A stretch of DNA of 64,000 nt from Malacoraja senta (Eukaryota). Below are positions 26,936 through 40,904 of the stretch, one piece after another. The notes under the pieces were generated by a model, which saw only the letters and a program-made list of their open reading frames with translations, was not told the origin of the DNA and searched no databases. The DNA is taken from assembly GCA_038087875.1 (NCBI GenBank), contig CM075995.1:6016001-6080000 (forward strand), given 5' to 3'. Position 1 is the stretch's first letter, and every line of letters begins with the position of its first letter. The position numbers and the translations under genes were made by a program.

Positions 26936-28269
26936 GTAAGAGATCTAATCCTGTTTTCTTATTCCTTGGAGTTCTATTAATGCTAAAAATAATTTGATGG
27001 AGTGTGCTTCTCTTGTTACTTGTATGAATAAAGCTTGTGCATGCTATTTTGTCCTCTTCCCAGAGCACCATTTCCTATTTTGTGTTGTAAAAAGATGATG
27101 TTTCTAGTGATTCAGGGATAGCTTAATGATTATATGGGTATATCTCGTATATGTCACTGCCTGATATGTGTGGGCGATCCACAAGGATCTTGAGGATTAA
27201 TTATCAAGGACGCTAATCTTCAATCATTTCAGTTTACACCACGTGGTATAATAACCAGTGGACATCATGAAGCCTTGGACCTTGATATGTTTCCTGTCTG
27301 CATTTCTGGTCATGGTTCAGAGCTTGCTGTGCCCCTTGTCAAATTGTTCCAGCGCACAATTATCCGCAGGTATCTCTCCGAAAGTGTGGAATGATACGCA
27401 GACACGTCAAGTCCACTAAAATCAGGTGAAATCTAATTATTACCCAATTTTTCAACTGTTCATTATCAGCAAACTGATTGGCAATGAAAATGCTATGAAA
27501 TAACACCTACTCGTCAATAATATACTCACTGATGCTCAATTTAGATTTGGCCAGAACTGCAGCTCCAGATATCAATACAAACTTGATCATGGGTGAATGA
27601 GTTGAATTTCAGAGGTGGGCTTCGAGAAGCACTTTATACTTTAATATAAAAAAAACCTTTATCAACTAAAAGTTCCAAGCACACACCACAAAAAGGTTAC
27701 TAAAAGACGTTTTTGCAGGAATCTAAAAGCAAATAAACTACAGAAATGAACTAATAACTACATAACAAACGAATAAACTACAGAAATAAACTAAACTAAT
27801 AAGCAAATAAACTGCTGGAAATCTGAAATACAAACACAATACTAGACATAAGGATTTAGCCAGGCAGCATCTGTGGGGAGAGGAACAGAATTATTGTTTG
27901 AGATTGATAACCTTTCATCAGCTTGCTTCAATCATCAGCAGAGTGATGAAAATTGTTAATGCTGCCAGGTTGCAGAGTATTTCTGGCAGTTTTTGTTTTT
28001 ATTACATACCTGCAGGAATTTTTGCAACAATGTCAAAGATCCAACTGTCTTGCGATGCTTTCAGGACCTTCCCTCCATCATGAGGTCAAAATGGGGTTGT
28101 TTGCATTTTACATCGTTAAATTCTGTTTATAAATCCTCACAATGAAGAAGTTCATGCCTGTGCAGAAAGACTCAAATAATATTAAGGGGCTAGTATCATT
28201 AACACTGCACGTGTAGCAGGGTTCCCCTTATTTAAGAAAAAGGGGTAAGCCATTTAAAATGGAGAAGAG

Positions 28270-29517
28270 CTCTCTCCCATAGTTAATAATCCGTCGTTTA
28301 AACCATACATTATAGATAAATCATTTACACACTGGGAAAGAATAGGAATTAAAATGTTTGGAGACATGTATGAAAATGGAAATTTTTTATCATTCCAACA
28401 ACTACAACTTAAATACAATCTGAGAAGTAATCAATATTTTAAATATTTTCAAATCCGTGATTATTTGAAAAAATATACACAAGAATATCAAAATTTGTCT
28501 CCAGACCTATTAGAAGAAGCAATGAATATAAAGGCGGAATCAACTAATTTAATATCATACTTGTATAATATCATCCTAAATATAGAAATAACATCATCCG
28601 ATATAATTAGAAGAGATTGGGAACAAGAACTAGCTATAAAAATCTCGAAAGAGAGTTGGGATAATACACTTGCTATATGTGCACAAATGCTCGATCAATG
28701 TAAGACATATTCTAATCCAATTTAAAACCTTACATAGACTATATTACTCAAAAACTAAAATAAGTAATTTTTTTCCAAATGTCTCCCCCATCTGTGATAA
28801 ATGTCTATCCCAAGAAGCAACTATAGCACATTCCTTTGTTTTTTGTATAAAAATCCAAAAAGTTTGGAATGAAATCTGAAATATTTACAAAATTATTTAA
28901 AATAAAACGGAAACCGAACGCAGAATTGATTATTTTTGGAACAATGGAAGCCAGCTTTGAGCTGACCGTTCCAAAAGAGCTTCCTTAATTACGGCTTAAT
29001 AATGGCAAAAAAACATACTTAAATTCTGGAAAAACGCTCCCCCACCAACGATAAAAATGTGGATTTCAAATATGTCTGAAATGTTATACCTAGAAGACAT
29101 GAGATTCCTCCTAGCAGGCAAATCAGACCATTTCCAAAAGATTTGGTCTCCATTTATCGACTTATTACAAGCATCGGGTGCAACATAACTTTGAAAATAA
29201 ATGGTTTCAGGACCTGGTGAGGGGTGTGTAAAGATACGAAGTAGGTAAATCCCTTTTATCTTATTTTACTTTCTTATATCTGTTTTCTATTTTTCTCTTT
29301 CTTTTCATTTGGTTTTCTTTTTAACTCTTTCTCATGTTTTACGTTTCTACGGGTTTCTCCTGATCACTCTTTCACACACTTACTATCTTATCTAACTCTC
29401 TATTCTTCTTCTTTTTAAAGTTTAAAACAAGAAGTGGTACAGGAAATGTATTATGTTATCTTTGGCTTATATCACTGTAATGTACATTACTTCTAATAAA
29501 TAAAATATTTTAAAATA
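28270..29517 (+). mobile_element. L1 LINE, 5'-truncated, inserted into a CR1 3' fragment (about 28230-29776)
   Basis: ORF2 C-terminus with CDKC..H..C knuckle; AATAAA and A-rich tail; 14-bp TSD AAAATGGAGAAGAG at 28256-28269 and 29518-29531; TTT/AAAA nick site. Confidence 0.9.
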
Positions 29518-30125
29518 AAAATGGAGAAGAGGAAACACTTATTCACTCAGAGTTGTGAGTCTGTGGAATTCTCTGCCTCGGAGGGTGGTGGAGGCCGGTT
29601 CTCTGGATACTTTCAAGAGAGAGCTAGATAGGGCTCTTAAAGATAGCAGAGTCAGGGAATATGGGGAGAAGGCAGGAACGGGGTACTGATTGGGGATGAT
29701 CAGCCATGATCACATTGAATGGCGGTGCTGACTCAAAGGGCTGAATGGCCTACTCCTGCACCTATTGTCTATTGTCTTTAACATCAATTTCTTGATTAGG
29801 AAGTTAACCAGACTATCCACATAACTATTCATGTAACAAGCGGATCAGAGCCTGGACGCCAATAAGGATCAGCACGAGACATATTTCCCATATTATTAAC
29901 CACAATTAGTATATTTCTTGTGACATAACATATGCAATGCCAAAACACACTTGTGCAGTTCATCTTGGTTTCCTGGATGGATTTAACTAGTTTAGGAGGT
30001 GTAATCATCTGGAAGGACAGTGACAAAGTGTACGGCAATAACTGCACTTTGAAGATTCCCCCCATAAACCCTGTACCATCTGAGCTTTTAAATAAAGACC
30101 TACCACCTCGTTATCACTCATTATC

Positions 30126-30263
30126 ACTTCAGAAGAAAGGTTCTGAATAAAAAAACGTCGCCTATCCATGTTCTCCAAGAGATGCTGCCTGACCCATTGA
30201 GTTACTCCAGCACTTTGTCTTTTTTTTGTTGTAAACTTGCATCTGCAGTTCCTCGTTTTTACA
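30126..30263 (+). mobile_element. PLE-LTR fragment with decayed hammerhead core
   Basis: GAGATGCTGCCTGACCC..GAGTTACTCCAGC..GCATCTGCAGTTCC shared with other copies. Confidence 0.65.
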
Positions 30264-30592
30264 CGGTTTAACTATTTGGTTGTAAATATTTTGTTTACCT
30301 AGTGAGTGAAATTAGTTTGTGGCTTAAGTTTTCCAATCTTTACCTAAATTCAACAACGTTACGAAACTTTGTCAACTATCATGTCAATTGTGATAGATAA
30401 AACACATTCCCGACCCAAAGTGTTTTAGTTCAAGGGACCAAACGCCAAAACTGAAACTCGGAGGCATAGAACATATCAAGTGAAGTCTTCATGGTTCAGT
30501 ACTGGTCTTGAGAACCATCGTTTTTTTGTCTTGTCATGCTTTGAAGATTTACATGTATTTTATTAATTTTTATTTTTGCACCTTGATTTCAG

Positions 30593-30692
30593 GTATCAGC
30601 ATGGGGTGGCTATGTGTTCATCATCAACCTTATCCCACTACATGTATTTGTATTGCTACTGATGCAGAGATTCAGCAGAAGGGTTTATATAG
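30593..30692 (+). CDS. STT3B: STT3B coding exon (ortholog of exon 5), 100 bp
   Basis: ttcAG|GTA..ATAG|GTcagt; [33 protein letters not shown]. Confidence 0.95.
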
Positions 30693-31604
30693 GTCAGTAA
30701 AGAAATCTACAGACTTAAGTTATTCGTTCTACCACTAATTACCTTAGTGCGGTTATTTTAGAATGTATCCTAATATATTGGCCAACTTTGATCTACTGTG
30801 GAGTAACAGATGGCAGTCTGGGGTCTGAAGCCCTCTTGTGATATCTGGGCTTCATCCATACTAGATTGGAAACTAATTCAGCGATGGCGGTTTACAGTTA
30901 AAATCATGGATGTCATGAACATGGGGCCAATGTAATTTTCCTTCAGGTGACTTTCAACTTCAATTTGGCTAATTTATTCGATGCAGTTCTGCACACTTGC
31001 TACTACTATCCAGGTTATCACAAGAGGACCCGAAGGGTCATTACTGGAATAACTGCCTGTTATGAGGCTACACACTGCTCAGTACAGGGCTTGCTCTAGG
31101 AAAGCAATATGTGTATGTATGGAGTCAATTGAATGGTAGTTGTCAGAAAACTGACCCAGAATATGGAGTCAGTAGCAAATAAATCACACCTCGCTCTGGT
31201 GAGGAAACAAGTTCCCACAAAGATGTAGTAAATTTTTTTGGTGAGGACTTGGCATTTTTCTGCCATCTCTTTCAATTGAAAGTACAATGGAATACCTTCT
31301 GTGTTTGGCATGCCATTGGGCAGACTGAATAGACAATCACAGTGCAAAATTCTCAGACAGCACATCAAGGCGCATTTGTTTACGAAGGAATGAAGTACAT
31401 ATTAAAGTTGCAGCAGAAAAATGAAATAACTTCAAATGAGGGGTTTTATTTTTGTACGTTCTAACTTTTACCGGAATACATTTGTTATGTGCAACAAAAA
31501 TAATCTGCTGCCGGAACTCAGCAAATCAAGCAACATCTGTGGGGATGGCAGGAGGGGAGGGAGGAACTTTCAATCGCTCGGGTTGAAATCATACACCACT
31601 GCAA

Positions 31605-32260
31605 AGTTGCGCAGTGGTAGAGCTGCTGCCTCACAGTACCAGAGATCCAGGTTCGATCCTGACTATGGGTGCTATCTGTACTGAGTTTGTACACGCTCCC
31701 TGTGACCGTGTGGGTTTTCTCTGGGTGCTCCGGTTTCCTCCCACATTCCAAAGACATGCAATATAACCATATAACAATTACAGCACGGAAACAGTCCATC
31801 TCGGCCCTTCTAGTCCATGCCGAACACTTATTGTCCCCTAGTCCCATCTACCTGCACTCAGACCATAACCCTCCATTCCTTTCCCGTCCATATACCTATC
31901 CAATTTATTTTTAAATGATAAAATCGAACCTGCCTCCACCACTTCCACTGGAAGCTCATTCCACACAGCTACCACTCTCTGAGTAAAGAAGTTCCCCCTC
32001 ATGTTACCCCTAAACTTCTGTCCCTTAATTCTGAAATCATGTCCTCTTGTTTGAATCTTCCCTACTCTCAATGGAAAAAGCTTATCCACATCAACTCTGT
32101 CTATCCCTTTCATCATTTTAAAGACCTCTAACAAGTCCCCCCTTAACCTTCTGCGTTCCAAAGAATAAAGACCTAACTTGTTCAACCTTGGTGTAGGTTA
32201 ATTAGCTTCTGAAAATTGGGTGATCGATGAGCCTTTTTCGTGCTGCATCTCTAAACTTTA
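31605..32260 (+). mobile_element. V-SINE split by a - strand young CR1 3' fragment (about 31761-32188)
   Basis: SINE stops at CCAAAGACATGCA and resumes at TGTAGGTTAATT; CR1 ORF 31838-32185. Confidence 0.85.
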
Positions 32261-33629
32261 AAAACGTCTGATTCCAACGTCTGCAGTCTCTTGTGTCTGC
32301 ATATTTTTGTTAGGATCAAAAAACATTAGTTTGATGGGCAGAGTTTGTTGAATTTTAATTCGTTTAACTAATTTAGACATCCCAAAAAAAAGTGTAGGGG
32401 ATATTGGTTTAAAAAAATCCAAAATTTCATATCCTAGAGATTTCAGTTTGTTTGCACCAGAGAATACTAAGAACATTAAGCTTGTGTAGGTACACCAGCA
32501 AGTTTGAGGAAAACTATGTTTAACTACATATAAATGGCGATCCTGTTGCAGTATAGAGTGACGTTTGCAAACACCAGTAGCTTTGATATCCTTCCAAATC
32601 TGACCATTATTCTTGGATTTGAAAATCCAAATTCCCCCTTGGAGTTAAATTGGCAGTGAGTATTGGCATGCTCTGTAATTCTCGGCTATTTGAAATTTGC
32701 ACTCGTATCAGTTTCAGTGAATTGTGTTCACAATAAGCTGAATTCTGGAAATTGTTATCCACGAAAGTAAAGTACAGAGAGTGGCTCCAGGATTCCGGAA
32801 GTGATACGCAATATAGAGCTCAGTCATTAAAAGTAATAGTGGAAGCTCCAGGAGGGTGAAGAACTCAAGCCTCCAGCCCTGAAGTGCAAGTCAGCACAGT
32901 ATAGCTATTTTAATAAAATTATTAAGAACCATTTTATTCTTAATGGTTTACTGTACGTCGTGTTGTTACTTGCGAGCAGAGCACCAAGACAAATTCCTTG
33001 TATGTGTACATACGTGGCTAATAAACTTATTCATTCATCTATATCCCCATGGGTGAAATAAATTGTTTATTATGCTTAAATGCTGTTTTTCACCACATTA
33101 TGTGTGTTGATAAAGATGGCAACGCCAAACACTTTCACAAAATGTTCCAAGCTCTTAGTTGCTTTATATGTTGTTTCCTTGTGATTTAATTACTGAATGG
33201 TGCCTTTCCTGCTGGGTTTGTGTCATTCAGTTAATTGGCTTTTGTTTTTTTGTGAAAGCATTAGTCCAAGTGTGAAGATACATTAAGCGATATTTTGAAA
33301 TGTGATGGATCTTATGTAGCAGAGATGTGCATGATAAACTAAACTTCCAATTATATTGGAGGATGGTTTTGCAGGCAGTGTCGTGAAGCTACTTTCATAG
33401 CACTAAGAGAGAATGTACAGTAGTCTTTCAGCAAATATTTCATTCATAATTTGTGAACGGGTAGTTGCAATTTACTGGATTTATTTTCTCTTTATTCTAA
33501 AGCTTGAACCTTTGCCATGACACCTGAAAAATCGTGGCTGTATTTTGCAATTATGTGGTTATATCTTTTGTGAATTTCAATTGAGTTGATAGGAAGGAAA
33601 GCAAATGCAATTTTACCATTTATTTTGAG

Positions 33630-34210
33630 AGGACTACGATATAAAAACAGGAATGCATTGCTGAGGCTTTATGAGGCACTGCTCAGACCACATTTGATGT
33701 TTTGTGAACAGGTTTGGGCCCCATATCTGAGGATGGCTGTGCAGGATGAGCCAGGATGAGAGGGTCCAGGATGAGCGTTTGATGGCACTGGGCCTGTACA
33801 CACAGGAGTTTCGAAGGATGAGGGGAGACCTCATTGAAACTTACCGAACAGTGAAAGGCCTGGATAGAGTGGATGTGGAGAGGATGTTTCCTCTAGTGGG
33901 AGAGTCTAGGACCAGAGGGCACAGCCTCAGAATAAAAGTACATAGCTTTTGAAAGGAGATGAGGAGGGATTTCTTTAGCCAGAGGCTGGTGAATCTGTGG
34001 AATTCATTGCCACAGACTGCTGTGGAGGCCAAGTCAATGGCTATTTTTAAAGGGGAGACTGACAGATTCTTGACTAGTAAGTGTGTTAAAGGTTATGGGG
34101 AGAAGGCAGGAGAATGGGGTTAAGAGGGAAAGATAGATCAGCCATGATTGAATGGCGGAGTGAACTCAATGAATGGAATGGCCTGATTCTGCTCCTATGA
34201 ATTATGAACA
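33630..34210 (+). mobile_element. CR1 3' fragment
   Basis: LGLYTQEFRRMRGDLIETY. Confidence 0.85.
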
Positions 34211-35769
34211 TGATTTTGACGTCAAGTTGCAGTTGAATGATGTGGGGAAAGGAAAGAAACAAATTCCACGATAAAAAAAATCTCAGTCTAGTTAAGTCAT
34301 AAAGTCACAGACCGTGCAGCTTGAAAGCAGGCCCTTTGGCCCACCATGTCCATATCGACCAAGATGGCATTCTTCCATTTGCTTGAATTTTCCCATGCTC
34401 CTCCAACCTTTTCTATCCATACTTAGTATTTTCTCCCCATACCAGCCTATTTGCAAATTAATATTTGCAATATACAGGGGCGGGTGTGCGTGTGAGAGAG
34501 AGAGAGACAATTATTTAAATATTAATATTATAGTTGGATTTTCACCTTGAGTTGTCGCGAGGTGATCTGGGCAAAAGAAAGGAACTAATTCTTACTAGGA
34601 AAAAATCTCAAACTCGTATGTGTGTGTGAGGGAGGCATATTTAACAGTATCATTATATACAAGTATTCAAACTTTAATATTTTGGCCAGATTCCATTGTT
34701 GCAGTTACTTCAAAGTGTGGCTAAAAATAAATATCCTGCAAAATTAATGAATTCAATAAATAATATTTCAGAACCTATTTACTTGAGATGGGCTTGTTAT
34801 GAATATATTAAGGTAAAATTAAGTAACTGCTGTCATTGGGGGAAGAAAAATATATTGGTAGCAAATGTGGTTGCAAACAATCATTCTAATGAAAGGATGA
34901 CTTAACTGTTGTGCAGCTTGAACAACAATATATGTGTGATTGGGAATTGTGTGATATACATCAAAATGGCAAACTAATTACCTAATTAAGGTTTTCATAT
35001 GCTGTTGAAATCTGTTGTGCTGGATAGCTCATTGAAAAACTTGGCCAGAAGGTTTTAGGAGAATATTTGCAGTAATTTGATTTTTGGTGTAATAGGATAA
35101 TTTCATAATATTGTAGCGAAAGATAAGGCAGTAAATCAAACTTGATGAAAGCTGAATGGAATTCTCTTTTACAGTATTTCCCAAATACTTCTAAAATACA
35201 ATTTCTGAATGCATTGGTTGATAAAGCCGTAAATGTATACATGGTGTGATAATTCTTACACTGTTTTGAGCCAAATCCTGATAAAATTAAATTCAACCCA
35301 CATGGTATAAAATAGTTTTCATTAAATGATTGAACATTGCTATCAACATTAAAAAAGTAGCATGAAGAACAAATTGCTTGCTGTTCCACACTCATCACTG
35401 GTGCAGATGGGCAGAGGATGGAACATGCTGGGATTCATCTTAGCAGTAAATTGTCCAGGCTTTGTTCTTTATCAACCAATGCACTCAGAAATTTTACTTA
35501 CGAAATATTTGGGAAATGCTTTAAACACACTTAGCGTTCCACTCAGCGTTTATCAAGTTCAACAATGCCTTGGAGTCATAGAGTGATACAGAGTGGAAAC
35601 AGGCCCTTCGGCCCACACCGGCCAACATTGTCCCAGCTACCAGAGTCCCACTTGCCTGCGCTTGGTCCATACCCTCCAAATCTGTCCTATCCATGTACCT
35701 GTCTAACTGTTTCTTAAACAATGGGATAGTCCCAACCTCAACTACCTCCTCTGGCAGCTTGTTCCATAT

Positions 35770-36367
35770 GCGGTGACCGCCGAGATCAACACCTCCGGGC
35801 TGCCAGTCTGCGGAGCGACCAGCTGCGGGCGGCGGCGCCGACTTTAACATCAGGAGCCTCGTGGCTCTAACTCGGCGCGGCCCTGTCGGCTTCAGGTGCC
35901 ATCGACTCCGCTGGGAAACCGGCCGTTCCAGCCGCTGCGAGGACTCTCCCGATGGCCAGGAACATCGGGCCTCCGTAGAGGCAACTGTGGCGGCCTCGAT
36001 GGGCCTGACTCTGGGGAGAACTGGGTTGGGGACTGGACATTGTGCCTTCCCCCACAGTGGTAACCATTGTGGGGGGATGATTTTGTGTGTAGTGTTAAGT
36101 GTCTGTGTTAGTCTATGTCCAACATGGCGGGCGGAAGGGAGAGTGTACGCTGGCGCGGTTTGGCTGCCGCTGCTCTCCCTTCATGTTGTGTTTTCTGAAT
36201 TTTGTTGTCTTTTTTTGGATCGAATTTCTGTTTTTAATTTGTGTATTTGTGATGTCTTTATAACTTGTTTTACTCTGATTATATGTTTATATGTTTCTTA
36301 AATTGTAAGGTGTCCTAGAGACCTCGGTATTAGGCGCCCTTAAAATAAAATCTATTATTATTATTAT
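35770..36367 (+). mobile_element. Non-coding GC-rich element with L2-type 3' tail
   Basis: Ends AAATAAAATCTATTATTATTATTA, as in the L2 tail at 47011-47035 (reverse complement); interrupts CR1 between GTTCCAT and ACACCCACC. Confidence 0.65.
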
Positions 36368-36380
36368 ACACCCACCACCC

Positions 36381-36710
36381 TCTGTGTAAAAAAGTTACCC
36401 CTCGGATTCCTATTCAATCTTTTCCCCTTCACATTGAACCTATGTCCTCTGGTCCTCGATTCCCCTACTCTGGGCAAGAGACTCTGTGCATTTGTGTAAA
36501 AAAGTCACCCCTCGGATTCCTATTCAATCTTTTCCCCTTCACATTGAACCTATGTCCTCTGGTCCTCGATTCCCCTACTCTGGGCAAGAGACTCTGTGCA
36601 TCTGTGTAAAAAAGTTACCCCTCGGATTCCTATTCAATCTTTACCCCTTCACATTGAACCTATGTCCTCTGGTCCTCGATTCCCCTACTCTGGGCAAGAG
36701 ACTCTGTGCA
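36381..36710. repeat. Tandem triplication of a 110-bp CR1 segment
   Basis: Units start at 36381, 36491 and 36601 and are nearly identical. Confidence 0.95.
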
Positions 36711-36998
36711 TCTACCCGATCTATTCCTCTCATGATTTTGTATACCTCTATAAGTTCTCCCCTCATCCTCCTACGCTCCATGGAATAGAGACCCAGCCTA
36801 CTTAACCTCTCCCTATAGCTCACACCCTCTGGTCCTGGCAACATCCTCGTAAATCTTTTCTGAACCCTTTCAAGCTTGACAATATCTCTCCTATAATGTG
36901 GTGTCCAGAACTGAACACTATATTCTAAATGCGGTCTCACCAACATCTTATACAACTGCAAAATGACCTCCCAACTTCTATACACAATACTCTGACTG

Positions 36999-37371
36999 AC
37001 TTGGACACGCTAGAGGCAGGAAACATGTTCCCGATGTTGGGGGAGGCCAGAACCAGGGGCCACTTAAGAATAAGGGAAAAGCCCATTTAATTACCCCATT
37101 TAAGAATAAGGGTAAGCCTTTTAGAACGGAGACGAGGAAACACTTTTTCTCACAGAGAGTTGTGAGTCTGTGGAATTCTCTGCCTCAGAGGGCGGTGGAG
37201 GCCGATTCTCTGGATACTTTCAAGAGAGAGCTGGATGGGGCTCTTAAAGATAGTGGGATATGGGGAGAAGGCAGGAACGAGGTACTGATTGGGGATGATC
37301 AGCCATGATCACATTGAATGGTGGTGCTGGCTCGAAGGGCCGAATGGTCTACTCCTGCACCTATTGTCTAT
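36999..37371 (+). mobile_element. CR1 3' fragment nested in the - strand CR1
   Basis: Host ACTCTGACTGA|TGAAGGCC is split; ATTGTCT-type tail. Confidence 0.8.
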
Positions 37372-38679
37372 TGATGAAGGCCAAAGTGCCAAAAGCCTTT
37401 TTGACCACCTTACCTACCTGCGACTCGACCTGCAAGGAACCATGGACTTGTACTCCGAGATCTCTCTGCTCTACAACACTACCCAGAGGCCTACCATTTA
37501 CTGTGTAGGTCCTGCCCGTGTTCGACGTCCCAAAATGTTATTATATTTCTCCACAATATTATGGAATTATCTAACCCTTGAACAACTTACATTACTGTCT
37601 TAAAGTACACACTTGTCGCAATGAGTTTAGACAATAGACAATAGGTGCAGGAGTAGGCCATTTGGCCCTTCGAGCATTCAATGTGATCATGGCTGATCAT
37701 CCCCAATGGGATGGGATTTACAATGGTTACGGTTGTATATTCTTGGTCTGTAGTAATAGTTGTGCCTTTTTAAATCTTATAGATGAGATTTTTTAGAGCA
37801 TTATCATAACATTTCTGTGCATGACGTTGATTGCGATAAAAGTAAAATATTCTGAATTTGAACATAAAAAGTTACAGTCAGTTGGTCAAGCGGCAGGTGA
37901 AGCGTGGGACTGAAGGAGACCAAGGCAGGTCTGAGAATGAGGGGGAATAAGAGGAGGTAAGCCCAGATTCACAGCGAGTGTAGGACAGTACTGGGTGCTT
38001 GGTTATCCGTGCATCGCTCAGGAACTGGTCATACAGAAGGAGCTGTAACGCGTTGCCTTTACTGTCTGTGCTATCGTGAGCTGCCCACTTTCTCATACTA
38101 CTAGGGCTGGCTGTCCCCTGACCTGAGTGCCTGCCTGAACCAGACTCACGCAATACACCCCCGCACTGACAACAGGACCATGCTGCCCACTGGCCTGTTT
38201 ATAAAATCATGAGGGGCATAGAGAAAGTAAATTGCCACATTCTTTTTCACAGGGTAGGGGAGTCCAAAACTAGAGGGCATGGGTGCACCTCTGAGTCTAG
38301 GATCTTAACACTGGAGTGACTGCATCGTTGCACCCAGCCACTCTGGAACAATTCTTTGCTGGGGTGTGCCAGTGGAGGGCACAGAAATGTGCCAGGTTCC
38401 TTGAGTAGTAGGTAGTTGGAGGGGAAAGGGGGGAATGGTGGGGGATACTAATTGGTTCCTGGCACACCATCATGCAACTCGCACGTCTCTATTCTTTAAA
38501 ATAATGTGTGTCATGGGTGAGTTTAGTGTTGAGGACTGGAGAACCAAGAGCACTTAAAGTGCAGGATACCATTAGTTTAGTTTATTGTCACATGTACCGA
38601 GGTACAGTGAAAAGCTTTTGTTGCATGTTAACCAGTCAGCGGAAAGATTACAATTGAGCTATCTGCAGTGTACATAGGT

Positions 38680-39712
38680 CCAGGGGGTCACAGCTTAAGA
38701 ATAAGGGGTAGGGAATTGAAGAATGCAGGTGAACAGAGGGATCTTGGAATAACTGTGCACAGTTCCCTGAAAGTGGAATCTCATGTAGATAGGGTGGTAA
38801 AGAAAGCTTTTGGTGTGCTGGCTTTTATAAATCAGAGCATTGAGTATAGAAGTTGGGATGTAATGTTAAAATTGTACAAGGCATTGGTGAGGCCAATTCT
38901 GGAGTATGGTGTACAATTTTGGTCACCTAATTATAGGAAGGATGTCAACAAAATAGAGAGAGTACAGAGGAGATTTACCAGAATGTTGCCTGGGTTTCAG
39001 CAACTAAGTTACAGAGAAAGGTTGAACAAGTTAGGGCTTTATTCTTTGGAGCGCAGAAGGTTAAGGGGGGACTTGATAGAGGTCTTTAAAATGATGAGAG
39101 GTATAGACAGAGTTGACGTGGATAAGCTTTTCCCACTGAGAGTAGGGAAGATTCAAACAAGGGGACATGACTTGAGAATTAAGGGACAGAAGTTTAGGGG
39201 TAACATGAGGGGGAACTTCTTTACTCAGAGAGTGGTGGCTGTGTGGAATGAGCTTCCAGTGAAGGTGGTGGAGGCAGGTTCGTTTTTATCATTTAAAAAT
39301 AAATTATATAGTTATATGGACGGGAAAGGAATGGAGGGTTATGGTCTGAGCGCAGGTATATGGGACTAGGGGAGAATACGTGTTCGGCACGGACTAGAAG
39401 GGTCGAGATGGCCTGTTTCCGTGCTGTAATTGTTATATGGTTTATATGGTTATATAAGACTGAGATGAGGAAAATCTTTTTCGCCACAAAATTTGTAAAT
39501 CTGTGGAATTCTCTGCCACAGAAGGCAGTGGAGGTCAATTTACTGGATGTTTTCAAGAGAGAGTTAGATTTAGCTCTTAAGGCTAACGGAATCAAGGGAT
39601 ATGGGGAAAAAGCAGGAACGGGATACTGTTTTTGTATGATCAGCCATGATCATATTGAATGGCAGTGCTGGCTCGAATGGCCTACTCCTGCAACTTTTTT
39701 CTATGTTTCTAC
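38680..39712 (+). mobile_element. Young CR1 (about 38712-39450) nested in another CR1 3' fragment
   Basis: ORF 38668-39369; host resumes at AAGACTGAGATGAGG. Confidence 0.85.
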
Positions 39713-40057
39713 ATTTGCACGATAATGGCGATAACGTTTAGTGCAAGATATAGTTCAGTAAAGTCCGGTTAAATATAGATATTAAAGATAAGGATGCTTG
39801 TGTTGAAGCTCCCAATGAACTAATCCACGATCCCACCACAGATGTCGCATGACCCGTTGAGTTCCTCCAGCATTTTTTTGCCAATAAAATACCTAGTTGT
39901 TTATCTAGCTGTTGTTTGTGGGTCCTTGTTTTATGTAAATTGTTTGTCCTATTTACTTACAATAATAAATATATTTTGGAAGTACTACTTCTATAACAAT
40001 ATTCCCAATTAATGTTAGGAGATCTTTTGTCCTCCAAATGTTTTAATTTACTGCGTG

Positions 40058-40601
40058 GAAACATAGAAACATAGAAACATAGAAATTAGGTGCAGGAGTA
40101 GGCCATTCGGCCCTTCGAGCCTGCACCGCCATTCAATATGATCATGGCTGATCATCCAACTCAGTATCCCGTACCTGCCTTCTCTCCATACCCTCTGATC
40201 CCTTTAGCCACAAGGGCCACATCTAGCTCCCTCTTAAATATAGCCAATGAACTGGCCTCGACTACCCTCTGTGGCAGAGAGTTCCAGAGATTCACCACTC
40301 TCTGTGTGAAAAAAGTTCTTCTCATCTCGGTTTTAAAGGATTTCCCCCTTATCCTTAAGCTGTGACCCCTTGTCCTGGACTTCCCCAACATCGGGAGCAA
40401 TCTTCCTGCATCTAGCCTGTCCAACCCCTTAAGAATTTTGTAAGTTTCTATAAGATCCCCTCTCAATCTCCTAAATTCTAGAGAGTATAAACCAAGTCTA
40501 TCCAGTCTTTCTTCATAAGACAGTCCTGACATCCCAGGAATCAGTCTGGTGAACCTTCTCTGCACTCCCTCTATGGCAATAATATCCTTCCTCAGATTTG
40601 G
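40058..40601 (-). mobile_element. Young CR1 3' fragment with (AACATAGA)n tail
   Basis: ORF 40161-40565; near-identical to 60287-60732. Confidence 0.9.
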
Positions 40602-40904
40602 TTAAGCAATCCTGCTTATTGACTGTCAAACCCCAATGATTAAATTGCTAACAGCCATGCACCTACTTATTTGGAATGAAGTTTGCATTTTAAACTCTCT
40701 GATACGTTGACACAATCGCTTCCTTCCTCAAAATTTCTCAGTAAAATAAAATATGTTTTACAATCTTAATCAAAAATAATCTTAATTTGTTTACGGACTT
40801 TTTCCAGTACTTAGAAATAAATTTTTACAAGTTTGTCTGTGTTTGAATAAGTCATTTATAGAATGTATCCTGGTGAACAAGATATTTGTATGGAATTTGA
40901 TGAT

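Larger units (their letters stand above)
35572..37535 (-). mobile_element. CR1 fragment hosting two insertions and a 110-bp triplication
   Basis: ORF 36641-36985; host sequence resumes after 36367 and after 37372. Confidence 0.8.
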
